From the NCBI GenBank assembly GCA_963666515.2, contig OY762897.2:1088001-1152000 (forward strand): a stretch of 64,000 bases of DNA, in the 5' to 3' direction. Every line of letters starts with the position of its first letter. Position 1 is the stretch's first letter. A model generated the notes under the pieces. That model saw nothing but the letters and a program-made list of their open reading frames with translations, was not told where the DNA came from and made no database searches. Below, in pieces: positions 27,133 to 36,589 of the stretch. This DNA comes from Candidatus Binatia bacterium. Its GTDB lineage: Bacteria > Desulfobacterota > Binatia > UBA9968 > JAJDTQ01. Made by a program: the position numbers and the translations under genes.

Positions 27133-28482
27133 ATGTCGCAGGACCTCAGAAGTTATCTGGAGTTGGTGGAAGCGAAGGACGAGCTGGTCAGGGTCGCCGA
27201 CCCCGTGGACCCGCGCTACGAGGTGAGCGCACTGGTGGCGAAGCTGGCGCGGGAACGCCGCCGCCGGCCGGTGCTGCTGCTGGAGAACGTCAAGGGCAGC
27301 GCGCTCCCGGTGGTGACCAACCTTCACGCCAGCCGGCGGCGCATGGCGCTGGCCATGAACTCCGAGCCGCGGGAGGTACAGCGGGCCTTCCTGAAAGCCA
27401 TGGAGCGCCCGGTGGCGCCGGTGGTGGTGGACGCCGGACCGGTCAAGGAGGTGGTGCGAACAGGCGCGGACGTCGATCTGCTGGCCCTGCCGCAGATCGT
27501 CCACCACGATGCGGATGCGGGCGCCTACATCACCGCGGCCATCTCGTTCGCGAAGGATCCCGAGGACGGCACCTGGAACTGTGCCTACAACCGTCTGATG
27601 ATCATGGGGAAGGACCGGACCTCCATCCATATCACGGCGTCGAAGCACCTGTGGGAGTTCTACCAGAAGGCGGAGGCCAGAGGCGAGGTGCTGCCCGTGG
27701 CCTTTGCCGTGGGGGTCCACCCCGCCATCGGCCTGGGAGCGCTGGCCATCGGCTCCATCGACGAGGACGAGCGCGCCATCATGGGCGGGGTCTTGGGGAA
27801 GCCGCTGGAGCTGGTGCGTTGCGAGACCTCGGACCTGCTGGTGCCGGCCCACGCGGAGATCGTGCTGGAAGGCGAGATCCTGCCGGGCGAGCGTACGCCC
27901 GAGGGGCCGTTCAGCGAGTTCACCGGCTACAGCCTGGGCGAGCGCCAGCGCGAGGTGGTGCGCTACAACGCCGTGACCATGCGGGAAGGAGCGCTGTTCC
28001 ACGATATCTCGGTGGCGCAGGTGGACCACCTGCTCTTGTCCACCATTCCCATGGAGGCGAACCTCTACCGCGCCGTGCGCGCCATCGTGCCGTCGGTGAC
28101 CGCGGTGCGCGTGCCCGCCCCCTATAGCTGCTACGTCGCCATCGAGCAGCGGGTCTCCGGGCAGGCCAAGAACGCCATCCTCGCGGTGCTGGGAGCCGAC
28201 ATGTACATCAAGCGGGTGGTGGTGGTGGACCACGACGTCAACATCTTCGACGACCGGGAGGTGGCTTGGGCGTTGGGAACGAGATGTCAGGCGGACCGCG
28301 ACATCACGGTCATCTCCAACACCCGCGGCTCAGACCTCGACCCCTCCACGGACTCCGACGGCTACACAGCCAAGTGGGGCGTCGACGCCACCGCCAAGCC
28401 TTCCCTCGCGAAGTACACGCCTCGCAACCGTATCCCCCAAGACGTTCTGGAGCACATCGACCTGGACAAGCTGGGGTTTTAA
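27133..28482 (+). CDS. UbiD-family (prFMN-dependent) decarboxylase
   Basis: DLRSYLE, DAGAYIT, NCAYNRL, VPAHAEIVLEG, EGPFSEFTGY, VVVDHDVNIFD, KWGVDAT. Confidence 0.92.
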   Translation: MSQDLRSYLELVEAKDELVRVADPVDPRYEVSALVAKLARERRRRPVLLLENVKGSALPVVTNLHASRRRMALAMNSEPREVQRAFLKAMERPVAPVVVDAGPVKEVVRTGADVDLLALPQIVHHDADAGAYITAAISFAKDPEDGTWNCAYNRLMIMGKDRTSIHITASKHLWEFYQKAEARGEVLPVAFAVGVHPAIGLGALAIGSIDEDERAIMGGVLGKPLELVRCETSDLLVPAHAEIVLEGEILPGERTPEGPFSEFTGYSLGERQREVVRYNAVTMREGALFHDISVAQVDHLLLSTIPMEANLYRAVRAIVPSVTAVRVPAPYSCYVAIEQRVSGQAKNAILAVLGADMYIKRVVVVDHDVNIFDDREVAWALGTRCQADRDITVISNTRGSDLDPSTDSDGYTAKWGVDATAKPSLAKYTPRNRIPQDVLEHIDLDKLGF

Positions 28483-28532
28483 GCGCCTGCGTCGCAATGT
28501 CTTGGGCGGATTTGGCTTCTCCCTGGCCGCAT

Positions 28533-29036
28533 TCATTCGCGGTGCCGCGCCCCCAGCAAGTACTTGAACCGAGGCACCCAGGAGCATTTCCGAAACTCTT
28601 TCGGGAACACGTCCTCGAACGCCGTGAACTCCGTCGAGTGCCGTCTTCCCTGGTTTCCCGGGAACAACACCACCGGGAGGGACCTCAACTTCGGGGACCC
28701 GGGGTTGTCGTGCCGGTCCGCGTCCCAGATGCGCAGGCAGCACCCCAACAACCGGACCCGCATCTTCGCATCCGGTGTCGATGGATCCTGGAACAGGATG
28801 TACAGCCGCGTCCGACCCTTTCCCTCCCTGATGCCGACCTCGAACAGCAGGTCGGCTTCGTTTTCCAGCGGGGCGCCGTCCAGGAATGTTCCCTCAATGA
28901 GTCTGAGGCTGTTCCAGTCAATCTCGTCGCTGACGTGCCGGGGCAGGACTGAACGGAGAAGGCCGGCGGCTTCCGCGGCGTTGGAGAAGTCTCTGCGGAA
29001 CAACCGGTCATGGGGGTGTTCGATGTCTTCGGCCAT
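28533..29036 (-). pseudogene. Truncated Rpn/YhgA-like recombination-promoting nuclease (transposase_31-like)
   Basis: PHDRLFR, IDWNSL, ADLLF, LYILF motifs, but the usual EHQS reads QDPS and the ORF stops at 167 aa. Confidence 0.7.
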
Positions 29037-29192
29037 GTTTCAATCTCCCGAATGTAAACAAGAGTGGCGGGGAGTGGGAACATCCCGGTCCTATAGACAG
29101 GAATCGGCGCGGCGCCACGAAACTTTAGCTTTTTGCCCCGGCCGACTCGTCCAGGGGTGCCGTTGCCTCTGAACACTCTCTCGGCGACCGCG

Positions 29193-29220
29193 GGGCCTAG
29201 CCGTGGGCCCTTCTTTTTTT
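29193..29220 (+). terminator. Intrinsic terminator-like hairpin with U-tract
   Basis: GGGCCTA-GCCG-TGGGCCC followed by TTCTTTTTTT. Confidence 0.6.
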
Positions 29221-29262
29221 CCGGATTCACATGCGGCATTATTCCGTTCTTCGGCGACCCAT

Positions 29263-30732
29263 ATGACGCCTTCTGAACCTATTGCGCCTACGCGTAACTT
29301 CGTCTGCCTGCTGGAGGAAACCGCGGCGCGCTTCCCGGACAAGCCCGCGCTGGTCTGTCCTGACGAGACGCTCACGTACCGCGCGCTGCATCAACGCGCG
29401 GCCGGGTTTGCGCGGGGACTCGCGGACGAGGGCATCGCGCCCGGCCACCGAGTGGCGTTGGTGCTGCCTAACCACTGGACCTTCGTAGTGGCGCTGTTGG
29501 GCATCTGGAAACTCGGCGCCACAGCGGTGCCGTTGAGCCCGTTGCTGAAGCCCGAGGAGCGGGCGGCGATCCTGGCGGACGTGGACCCGGCTTGGGTGGT
29601 GGAGCGTGTGGAGGCGGGGGCCGGCCTGTGGACCACGGCGGCGGACGGCGCCGCGCCGTCTCATTTCGGCTACAGCTCCGGCAGCACCGGCCGGCCCAAG
29701 GGCGCCGTGTTCAGCCACGCGGCCCTGACCTTCGCGAACCACTCATGGGCGGACATGATGGCGGTGGTGCCCGAAGACGTGGTCTTGTCGGTGCTGCCGC
29801 TGCCCCATTCCTTCGGTCTGAACGGCTCTCTGCTGGCTCCGCTGCTCAGGGGCGCTACCGTGGTGCTGCCCGGTGGATTCGCACCGGACAAGGTGCTCGC
29901 GGCCTTCCCAGAGCACCGCGTCACCCTGTTCCTGGGCGTCGCTACCATGTTCCGGCGGCTGTTGAGCGCGCCGGAGTTCGCCGGCGCGGACCTGTCTTCG
30001 TTGCGCCTGTCGGTGTCGGGCGCCGCGCCCTGTCCGTGGGACCTGGCGTCGGAGTGGCGCCGCCGTGCCGGCCACCGCATCCTCCGGGGTTACGGCATGA
30101 CCGAGTTGTTCCGGCCCATCTCGTACCTGGCGTCGGAACCGGAGGACCGGCCGGAATGCATCGGGCGCGCGGTTCCGGGCGTCGATGTCCGGGTGGTGGC
30201 GGACGAGGGCGCGGAGTCCGGGGAAGGGGACACGGGGGAACTCTGGATCAGGACGCCGGCGGCGCTGCAAGGGTACTGGAACGATCCCGCGCCGGTGCTG
30301 GAGGACGGTTGGTTCCGCACCGGCGATCTCGCCCGGATCTCGGCTGGCGGGTTCGTGGAGATCACCGGGCGCTTGAGGGAGCGCATCCTGCGGGGCGGCT
30401 ATTCGGTCTTCCCCCAGGAAGTCGAGGCGGTGCTGGCCGAGCACCCGGATGTTGCCGAGGCCGCGGTGTCGGGGGTGCCGCACCCGGAACTGGGCGAGGA
30501 GGTGGCGGCTTTCGTGGTGGCGAAACCGGGTACGAGCCCGGGAGCGGACAGCCTTGCGGCCTGGTGCGCGGAGCGTCTCGCTCGCTTCAAGTACCCCCGG
30601 CACGTCCGTTTCGTGCCCGAGCTGCCCAAGGGGGCCACCGGGAAGGTGCTGAAGGCGGAGCTTCTGCGGGGTTGGGGCGCGGAGAAAGGGAAGGGAGAGG
30701 AGCCGCAGGCTCCCCGCCCCTCCCTCAAATGA
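29263..30732 (+). CDS. AMP-binding acyl/aryl-CoA ligase
   Basis: YSSGSTGRPKG, GYGMTE, WFRTGDL, PKGATGKV. Confidence 0.92.
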   Translation: MTPSEPIAPTRNFVCLLEETAARFPDKPALVCPDETLTYRALHQRAAGFARGLADEGIAPGHRVALVLPNHWTFVVALLGIWKLGATAVPLSPLLKPEERAAILADVDPAWVVERVEAGAGLWTTAADGAAPSHFGYSSGSTGRPKGAVFSHAALTFANHSWADMMAVVPEDVVLSVLPLPHSFGLNGSLLAPLLRGATVVLPGGFAPDKVLAAFPEHRVTLFLGVATMFRRLLSAPEFAGADLSSLRLSVSGAAPCPWDLASEWRRRAGHRILRGYGMTELFRPISYLASEPEDRPECIGRAVPGVDVRVVADEGAESGEGDTGELWIRTPAALQGYWNDPAPVLEDGWFRTGDLARISAGGFVEITGRLRERILRGGYSVFPQEVEAVLAEHPDVAEAAVSGVPHPELGEEVAAFVVAKPGTSPGADSLAAWCAERLARFKYPRHVRFVPELPKGATGKVLKAELLRGWGAEKGKGEEPQAPRPSLK

Positions 30733-30736
30733 TGAC

Positions 30737-31786
30737 CTACTTGTTCGACTTCCTGACCAGGAAGGACAGGCTCTCCCGCACGTGCTGCGGCATGTTGATG
30801 ATCCCGTCCACGAGCTTCTCCACCTCGGCGCCCGAGACAGGGGTGATCAGGATCTTCGACTTCTTGGCCTCGGCCAGCAGGTTCGGGTCCTTCAGGGTCT
30901 TCGCGTAGGCCGTCCGCAGGATCTTCACGCGGTCCTTGGGTGTGCCCGGCGGCAGCGCGAGCATCCGCTGGAACGCCATCTGGAACGCCCACGAGTTGTA
31001 GAGCTGGAGGGCTTCCTTGTTCAGCACGTCCTTGAACAGCGGTATGTTCTGAATCTCCGGGTCAGGGTAGGTGTGACTGTCGATGACGAAGGGGACCAGC
31101 TTCTGGTCGCCCTCGGCGTCCAGCATGCTCCGGGCGGTGACCCGCATGGATTCCCACTGGGAGCAGAAGCCGTCCACCTCGCGTCCCTCCAGCGCCAGCC
31201 GTATGGTCGCCGTCCCCCGGTAACCGGTGACGATCTTGAACTTGGTGCCCATGGCCTTGTTCAGGATCGCCGGGATGTCGTGGCCGGTGGAGCCCGCCCG
31301 GGTGGCGCCGATCTTGATGGGCTCCTTGGAATTGATGACGTCCTTCCAGGTGGTCTTGCCGGAGAAGGCCATCATCATGCACACGATCTCGCCCTTGCTG
31401 GGGGCGCCCGCCCATTCCATCTTGTCGAACGGCACCGCGCCGGCCTTCTTGTCGCCCAATGCCGACTGCACGATGAGGGAGTTGTTGAAAACCGCGCCGG
31501 AGAGGCCGTCGGGTTTGGCCCGCCGGCCGATGTAGGTGGCCGAGATCAGGCTTCCGGCCCCGGTCATGTTCTGCACGAGCGTGGTGGGGTTGCCGGGAAC
31601 GTACTTGCCGAAGTAGCGGGCGATCAGCCGGGTGTAGGTGTCGTAGCCGCCTCCGGGGGAGAAGCCGACGATGAAGCGGAACGTCTTGTTCTTGTAGAAG
31701 TCCTCGGCGTGCGCCGCGCTACCCGCGAACACCGCGGATCCCAGGATGATGGCCGCGGCCAGGGAACGTAAACCCTTGCGTGTCAT
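30737..31786 (-). CDS. TctC/Bug-family tripartite tricarboxylate transporter binding protein
   Basis: Signal peptide, IVGFSPGGGYD, VQNMTGAGS, VTGYRG, LALEGREVDG, LPPGTP. Confidence 0.88.
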   Translation of the reverse strand: MTRKGLRSLAAAIILGSAVFAGSAAHAEDFYKNKTFRFIVGFSPGGGYDTYTRLIARYFGKYVPGNPTTLVQNMTGAGSLISATYIGRRAKPDGLSGAVFNNSLIVQSALGDKKAGAVPFDKMEWAGAPSKGEIVCMMMAFSGKTTWKDVINSKEPIKIGATRAGSTGHDIPAILNKAMGTKFKIVTGYRGTATIRLALEGREVDGFCSQWESMRVTARSMLDAEGDQKLVPFVIDSHTYPDPEIQNIPLFKDVLNKEALQLYNSWAFQMAFQRMLALPPGTPKDRVKILRTAYAKTLKDPNLLAEAKKSKILITPVSGAEVEKLVDGIINMPQHVRESLSFLVRKSNK

Positions 31787-31872
31787 GGATGTCCCTCCGT
31801 TCTGTGTTTTGCGGCGTCATCGACACCGAGCCCCTTCGCTACAGAAGTGACGCGGCCATGTCAAGACGCTCG

Positions 31873-31901
31873 TTGAGAAACGCCCGCGCCGGTGCTATGA
31901 A
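31873..31901 (+). promoter_or_regulatory. Sigma70-type promoter for the glutaredoxin-like gene
   Basis: TTGAGA, 17 bp, TATGAA, preceded by TG (extended -10). GGAGG RBS before ATG 31921. Confidence 0.55.
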
Positions 31902-31920
31902 ACCAACCACGGAGGCACAC

Positions 31921-32154
31921 ATGGCAGAATCCATCGTCCTGTTCACGCAGCCCGGTTGACCGCCTTGTCATCGAGAGAAGGAGTATCTTTCTCAAAAAGG
32001 CGTCGATTTCGTTGAGAAGAACATTCGCGAGGACCAGGAGGCCCTGAAGGACCTGCTGGCGCGAGGGTTCCAGAGCACACCCGTGGTCATCATCGACGGG
32101 GAGGCAGTGGTCGGCTTCGATCAGGAGCGGATCGACTCGCTACTCGGGCTCTGA
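31921..32154 (+). CDS. Glutaredoxin/NrdH-like selenoprotein, 77 aa, UPPC motif (UGA at 31957-31959); absent from ORF track
   Basis: Translated by hand: MAESIVLFTQPG-U-PPCHREKEYLSQKGVDFVEKNIREDQEALKDLLARGFQSTPVVIIDGEAVVGFDQERIDSLLGL. Has the cis-Pro STP motif, VGF and an RBS. Confidence 0.9.
31961..32002 (+). promoter_or_regulatory. Bacterial SECIS-like hairpin
   Basis: Upper stem GAGAAGG/CUUUCUC with loop AGUAU 22 nt after the UGA. Lower stem CGCCUU/AAGGCG. Confidence 0.8.
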
Positions 32155-32157
32155 CAC

Positions 32158-32179
32158 GGAGGCCGCGCCCGCGGCCTCC
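32158..32179. terminator. GC-rich hairpin between convergent genes
   Basis: GGAGGCCGC-GCCC-GCGGCCTCC directly after the glutaredoxin stop. No clear U-tract. Confidence 0.45.
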
Positions 32180-32280
32180 GGACTCACAGACGACGTACTC
32201 TCTTTCCGGCGCGTCCCCGGCGGCCATGCCTTGGTGCGCGCATGGCGCGGCGTCACCGCGGCGCGGGTTCCGGCTCGCCG

Positions 32281-34509
32281 CTACGGCCGTGGCCGGGCCT
32301 TCAACGCCCGGACGATCTTCTCCGGCGTGATCGGGAGGTCGTGGATGCGGACTCCGACGGCGTCGGCGACCGCGTTGGCGACGACCGCGGGCGGCGGAAT
32401 GATGGGCGGCTCGCCCACGCCCTTGGCGCCTAGCGGACCCGTTGCGCACGGATGCTGGATCAGGTGTACCTCCACCGGCGGCGCGTCCAGCGCGCTGAAG
32501 ATCTTGTAGTCGAGCAGGTTGGGATTGTCCATCTTGCCGTCGGTGAAGGTGCAGGCCTCGCTCAGGGCCTGTCCGAGCCCCTGCATGACCCCTCCCTCGA
32601 TCTGCCCCCGCACCGACAGGGGATTGACCGCGGTCCCCACGTCCTGCACCGCCACGTAGCGAAGGACGCGCACGCGGCCCGTCTCGGGATCCACGGCCAC
32701 CTCGGCCGCGTGGGCCGCCACCGCGGGGTGGGGGATGAGCCGGGACACCGACTGCGTGCTCACGATGGGGCCGCGTTCATGCTCCAGGGCCTTGCTGCCC
32801 ACCTCCCGCAGGGATACGGACCGGTCCGGGCTGCCCTTGACGAAGACCTTGTTGCCGTCCAGTTCGAGATCCGCGGGGTCGGCTTCGAGCGTGTCCGCGG
32901 CCACCTGCTGGATCTGCTTCTTCACCTCCCGTGCCGCCAGCAGCACCGCGCCGCCCATGCTCTTCAGGGCCTGGCTGCCGGCGCTGATGGTGGAGTGGGG
33001 CGCGAAGTCGGTATCCGCGGTGCGCACGTGGACGTCGTCGAGAGACACTCCCAGCACTTCCGCGGCGATCTGCGCCAGCGAGGTGCTGGCCCCGCTCAGG
33101 TCCACGACGCCAGTGAGGATGGCGACGGTGCCGTCTTCGTTGAGCTTGACGCCGGCGCTGGACGCCTGGCCCCCGACGAGCCAGTGGGCCGCGGCCATCC
33201 CGCGCCCTACATGGTCTCCGGCCGCCCTGGGGACGGCCTCCATCGCCTCCGCCGCCTTGACCAGCGTCTCCCTGGCGTGAACGTCCTCCAGCCGGGCGCC
33301 GGCGGGCGTCTCGTCGCCTTCCTCCATGACGTTCCGCAGGCGCATCTCCACGGGGTCGATGCCCAGCTCCCGGGCGATGATGTCGATCTGCGACTCGGAG
33401 GCGAAGGTGAGCTGGGGTCCGGCGGGGCCCCGGTAGGCGCCGCAGGTGGAGGTGTTGGTGTAGACGCAGTAGCTGTCGATCTTGAGGTTGGGGATGCGGT
33501 AGGGGCCCGGCGCCCGTACCGCCGCACCCTGGCTGATCATCACGCCGGAGCCGGCGGAGAAACCCGTCCCCAGCACCACCTCGATCTCCCGCGCCGTGAT
33601 GGTGCCGTCGAGCTTGACGCCGGTCTTGTAGCGCAGGTGGAACGGGTGCCTGGGGTTGGTGGTCTGGAAGTCCTCGCCGCGGCTCATGACGATGCGCACC
33701 GGCCGGCGCGCCTTGCGCGCCAGCGCCACTGCCGCAGGCTCGATGGTCGGCGAGATCTTGCCGCCGAAACCTCCGCCGATCTCGGTGGGGATGACCCGCA
33801 CCTTGGTCATGGGCATTCGCAGTATCTGCGCGATGGCGGCGCGCAACGGGAACTGGGCCTGAGTCGGGACCCATACGGTGGCCTTGCCCGACGCGTCGAA
33901 GCGCGCCAGCGCGGTGTGGGGCTCGATATAGGTCTGGTGCACCATCGGCACGTGGAAGCGGTGCTCGAAGACTTGGTCCGCCTCCGCGAAGCCCTGCTCC
34001 AAGTCGCCGCGTACGATCTGCCGGTGGCCGCAAATGTTCCCGCGCCGGTTGAGATCCGGTTGCGACCAGTACTCGTCGGAGTCTTCATGGAGCAGAGGCG
34101 CGTCCGGCGCCATGGCTTCCAATCCCGACGTGACCGCGGGAAGCACCTCGTAGTCCACCTCGACGAGACGCGCCGCTTCCTCCGCGGTCTCCTCGTCCAC
34201 CGCGGCCACCGCAGCGACGCGGTCGCCCACGTAGCGTACCTTGCCGCTGGCGAAGTATTCCTCGTCGCGGACGAACCGCCCGTAGCGTACGGCCGGGAAG
34301 TCGGCCGCGGTGACCACGGCCCGGACGCCCGGAAGCCGCTCGGCCCGCTCGGTGCGGACGGCAACGATGCGGGCGTGGGCGTGGGGGCTCAGCACCATCT
34401 TGCCGCAGAGGACCCGGCCTCCCGGCTCGACGTCCGCGCCGAACACCGACTGCCCGGTGACCTTCTCGAGGATCTCGACCCGGGGTAGCTCCTGACCGAC
34501 GACTTTCAT
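32281..34509 (-). CDS. Xanthine dehydrogenase/CoxL-family molybdopterin-binding large subunit
   Basis: IGGGFGGK, AYRGPAGPQ, DPVEMRLRN, GQIEGGVMQGLG, GAKGVGEPP. Start MKVVGQ at 34509. Confidence 0.92.
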   Translation of the reverse strand: MKVVGQELPRVEILEKVTGQSVFGADVEPGGRVLCGKMVLSPHAHARIVAVRTERAERLPGVRAVVTAADFPAVRYGRFVRDEEYFASGKVRYVGDRVAAVAAVDEETAEEAARLVEVDYEVLPAVTSGLEAMAPDAPLLHEDSDEYWSQPDLNRRGNICGHRQIVRGDLEQGFAEADQVFEHRFHVPMVHQTYIEPHTALARFDASGKATVWVPTQAQFPLRAAIAQILRMPMTKVRVIPTEIGGGFGGKISPTIEPAAVALARKARRPVRIVMSRGEDFQTTNPRHPFHLRYKTGVKLDGTITAREIEVVLGTGFSAGSGVMISQGAAVRAPGPYRIPNLKIDSYCVYTNTSTCGAYRGPAGPQLTFASESQIDIIARELGIDPVEMRLRNVMEEGDETPAGARLEDVHARETLVKAAEAMEAVPRAAGDHVGRGMAAAHWLVGGQASSAGVKLNEDGTVAILTGVVDLSGASTSLAQIAAEVLGVSLDDVHVRTADTDFAPHSTISAGSQALKSMGGAVLLAAREVKKQIQQVAADTLEADPADLELDGNKVFVKGSPDRSVSLREVGSKALEHERGPIVSTQSVSRLIPHPAVAAHAAEVAVDPETGRVRVLRYVAVQDVGTAVNPLSVRGQIEGGVMQGLGQALSEACTFTDGKMDNPNLLDYKIFSALDAPPVEVHLIQHPCATGPLGAKGVGEPPIIPPPAVVANAVADAVGVRIHDLPITPEKIVRALKARPRP

Positions 34510-34979
34510 GATTCCTTCGCCGCCTCCATGACCGCCTGGATGATGGTGCCGTAGCCGGTGCAGCGGCACAGGTTGCCGGCAATGCCGTGGACGACCTCTT
34601 CGCGAGTGGGCGAGGGGTTCCGGTCCAGCAGGGACTTGCAGGCCATGAGCATGCCCGGGGTGCAGTAGCCGCACTGGGCCGCTCCGGTTGCGGCGAAGGT
34701 CCGCTGGAGCGGGTGCAGGTCTTCGCCGTCGGCCAGCCCCTCCACGGTCTCCACGCTTCGTCCGTCTGCCTCCGCGGCGAAGATCAGGCAGGCGTCCACC
34801 AGACGCCCGTCGAGGATCACCGCGCAGGCGCCGCACTCCCCTTCGCTGCATCCTTCCTTGGTGCCGGTGAGGCCCAGGTCGTCGCGCAGGAAATCGAGGA
34901 GGGAGCGCGTGGCCGGCACTTCCTCCCGGAAGGGTTCGCCGTTCACCGTCACCGTGATCGCGATGCGTTCTGCCGCCAT
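34506..34979 (-). CDS. 2x[2Fe-2S] small subunit (CoxS-like)
   Basis: GTKEGCSEGECGAC, AQCGYCTPG, GNLCRCTGY. Confidence 0.95.
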   Translation of the reverse strand: MAAERIAITVTVNGEPFREEVPATRSLLDFLRDDLGLTGTKEGCSEGECGACAVILDGRLVDACLIFAAEADGRSVETVEGLADGEDLHPLQRTFAATGAAQCGYCTPGMLMACKSLLDRNPSPTREEVVHGIAGNLCRCTGYGTIIQAVMEAAKES

Positions 34980-35854
34980 CAGGACTCGCCTCCCGCGCGC
35001 TGACACGCGTCTTCGATGGCCCGGCGTGTGAGCACACGGACCATCTCCGTCCGGTAATCGGCGCCGGCGCGCACGTCGTCGATGGGTTGCGCGTCATCCG
35101 CGGCGGCTTCCGCGGCCTCCGCGGCGAGGTCGGGGCCTGGCCGCCGGCCCACGAGGCGGCTTTCCGCGGAGGCCGCCCGTAGCGGCGTCGGCCCCACCGC
35201 GCCCAGGGCGATGCGCGCCTCCCCGATGAGGCCGTCTTCGTCCAGCCGCACGAAGGCCGCGCAGTTCACCACCGCGATGTCCATGGCGGTGCGCACACAA
35301 CGCTGAAAGGCGCTTGCGGCGCGGGCGGGCATGGCCGGGATGAGGATTGCCGTCAGGAGTTCGCCGTGCCGGAGCGCGGTCCTGCCGGGGCCCAGGAAGA
35401 GCTGGTCGACCGGCATCTCCCGGGTTCCGCTGGCGTCCGCGGCTTCCACCGAGGCGCCCAGCGCCAGCAATGGGGTCGCCGTGTCCGCGGCGGGGGAGGC
35501 GTTGGCCAGGTTGCCGCCGATGGTGGCGCGGTTCCGGGTCTGGGTCGAGCCCACCACCCGCGCGGACCGGGCCAGGGCGTCGTACTGGTTGGCGATCATC
35601 GAGGAGGCGCTCAGGCGGTCCATGAGAGCAAGCGCGCCGATGCGAACTCCGCCGTCCGCCGCCTCGATCCGGTCCAGTCCAGGAATCCGTTTCAGATCGA
35701 CCACCGTGTCCGGCTGCGTTTGCCGGCGCTCCATCTTGAGAAACAGATCCGTTCCTCCGGCCAGGGGAACGGCCTGGGGCGTCAGCAATGAAAGGGCTTC
35801 GTCGAGGCGGCGCGGAGCCAGGTAGTGGAAGGGCCTCATGGTTTCAGCGGCCAT
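34979..35854 (-). CDS. FAD-binding medium subunit (CoxM-like)
   Basis: LAGGTDL, RNRATIGGNLANASPAAD, PIDDVRAGADYR. Confidence 0.93.
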   Translation of the reverse strand: MAAETMRPFHYLAPRRLDEALSLLTPQAVPLAGGTDLFLKMERRQTQPDTVVDLKRIPGLDRIEAADGGVRIGALALMDRLSASSMIANQYDALARSARVVGSTQTRNRATIGGNLANASPAADTATPLLALGASVEAADASGTREMPVDQLFLGPGRTALRHGELLTAILIPAMPARAASAFQRCVRTAMDIAVVNCAAFVRLDEDGLIGEARIALGAVGPTPLRAASAESRLVGRRPGPDLAAEAAEAAADDAQPIDDVRAGADYRTEMVRVLTRRAIEDACQRAGGES

Positions 35855-36061
35855 TCATCGCACTTTTTGGCGGGTGATGCAATTCAGCCAAGGTTTCGGA
35901 AGCGGATGGGGAACCGGCGTCAGTCCAATAAGGAGAGCAAAGGGTGCTTGCGCGGCCCGTATCTTGGCGGGCGCCGGCCTTTCCTGATAGTTCTTGGGCT
36001 GTCGACGCGCGGGCCGCTGGATCGAGGGCGCTGTCTTGGCGCGTGAGGAAGAAAGGGGAAG

Positions 36062-36589
36062 ATGACCATGAACAAGGTATGCTTGCGGGCGGTTCTTCTG
36101 CTGCTGTTGATTCCGATGGCTGCCCATGCCGCGCCGCCGGACCTGAAGACGCCCGCGCCGGTGATCTACCTCGCCGACAACCTCGATGAAAAGGACAAGC
36201 TGGGTTGGTGCATCGACACGGTCGGACGGGGGTTCGGCGAGCGGTTGCATGCCCACTCGTGCAAGCCGCGGGGCGGCGACGTGCAGTTCCGCTATGACAA
36301 GGACGCGCGGCGGATCGCCTCGGCCACGTACGACGGCAAGTGCGCCACGCTGACGGCGCCGCCGGCGGCCGGCGGTTCGCTCGGGCTGGTGGATTGCTCG
36401 AAGGACTCGGCCGCGCAGGACTTCTACTACGACGGCGGGACCATGGAGTTCCGGCCCGGGGCCGACCGGACCCTCTGTCTCGCGGCGGGCGCCGCAAGCA
36501 GGAGCGCGGGTCCGTACATGTCCCGCAATCTCGAGCTGGCTCCATGCGCCTCCACCGACGCCGCGCTCAAGCAGTGGCGCATCAAGTGA
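36062..36589 (+). CDS. Secreted ricin-type beta-trefoil domain protein
   Basis: Signal peptide, three Cys-paired repeats (WCID..HSC, KCAT..VDC, LCLA..APC), terminal QW. Confidence 0.65.
   Translation: MTMNKVCLRAVLLLLLIPMAAHAAPPDLKTPAPVIYLADNLDEKDKLGWCIDTVGRGFGERLHAHSCKPRGGDVQFRYDKDARRIASATYDGKCATLTAPPAAGGSLGLVDCSKDSAAQDFYYDGGTMEFRPGADRTLCLAAGAASRSAGPYMSRNLELAPCASTDAALKQWRIK

Noticed and set aside
32281-35854. Aerobic CO dehydrogenase (coxMSL)
   Set aside because: The active-site loop is AYRGPAG, not AYxCSFR (form I) or AYRGAGR (form II). It is called a generic molybdenum hydroxylase. Selenium dependence cannot be inferred from proximity to selenoprotein genes.
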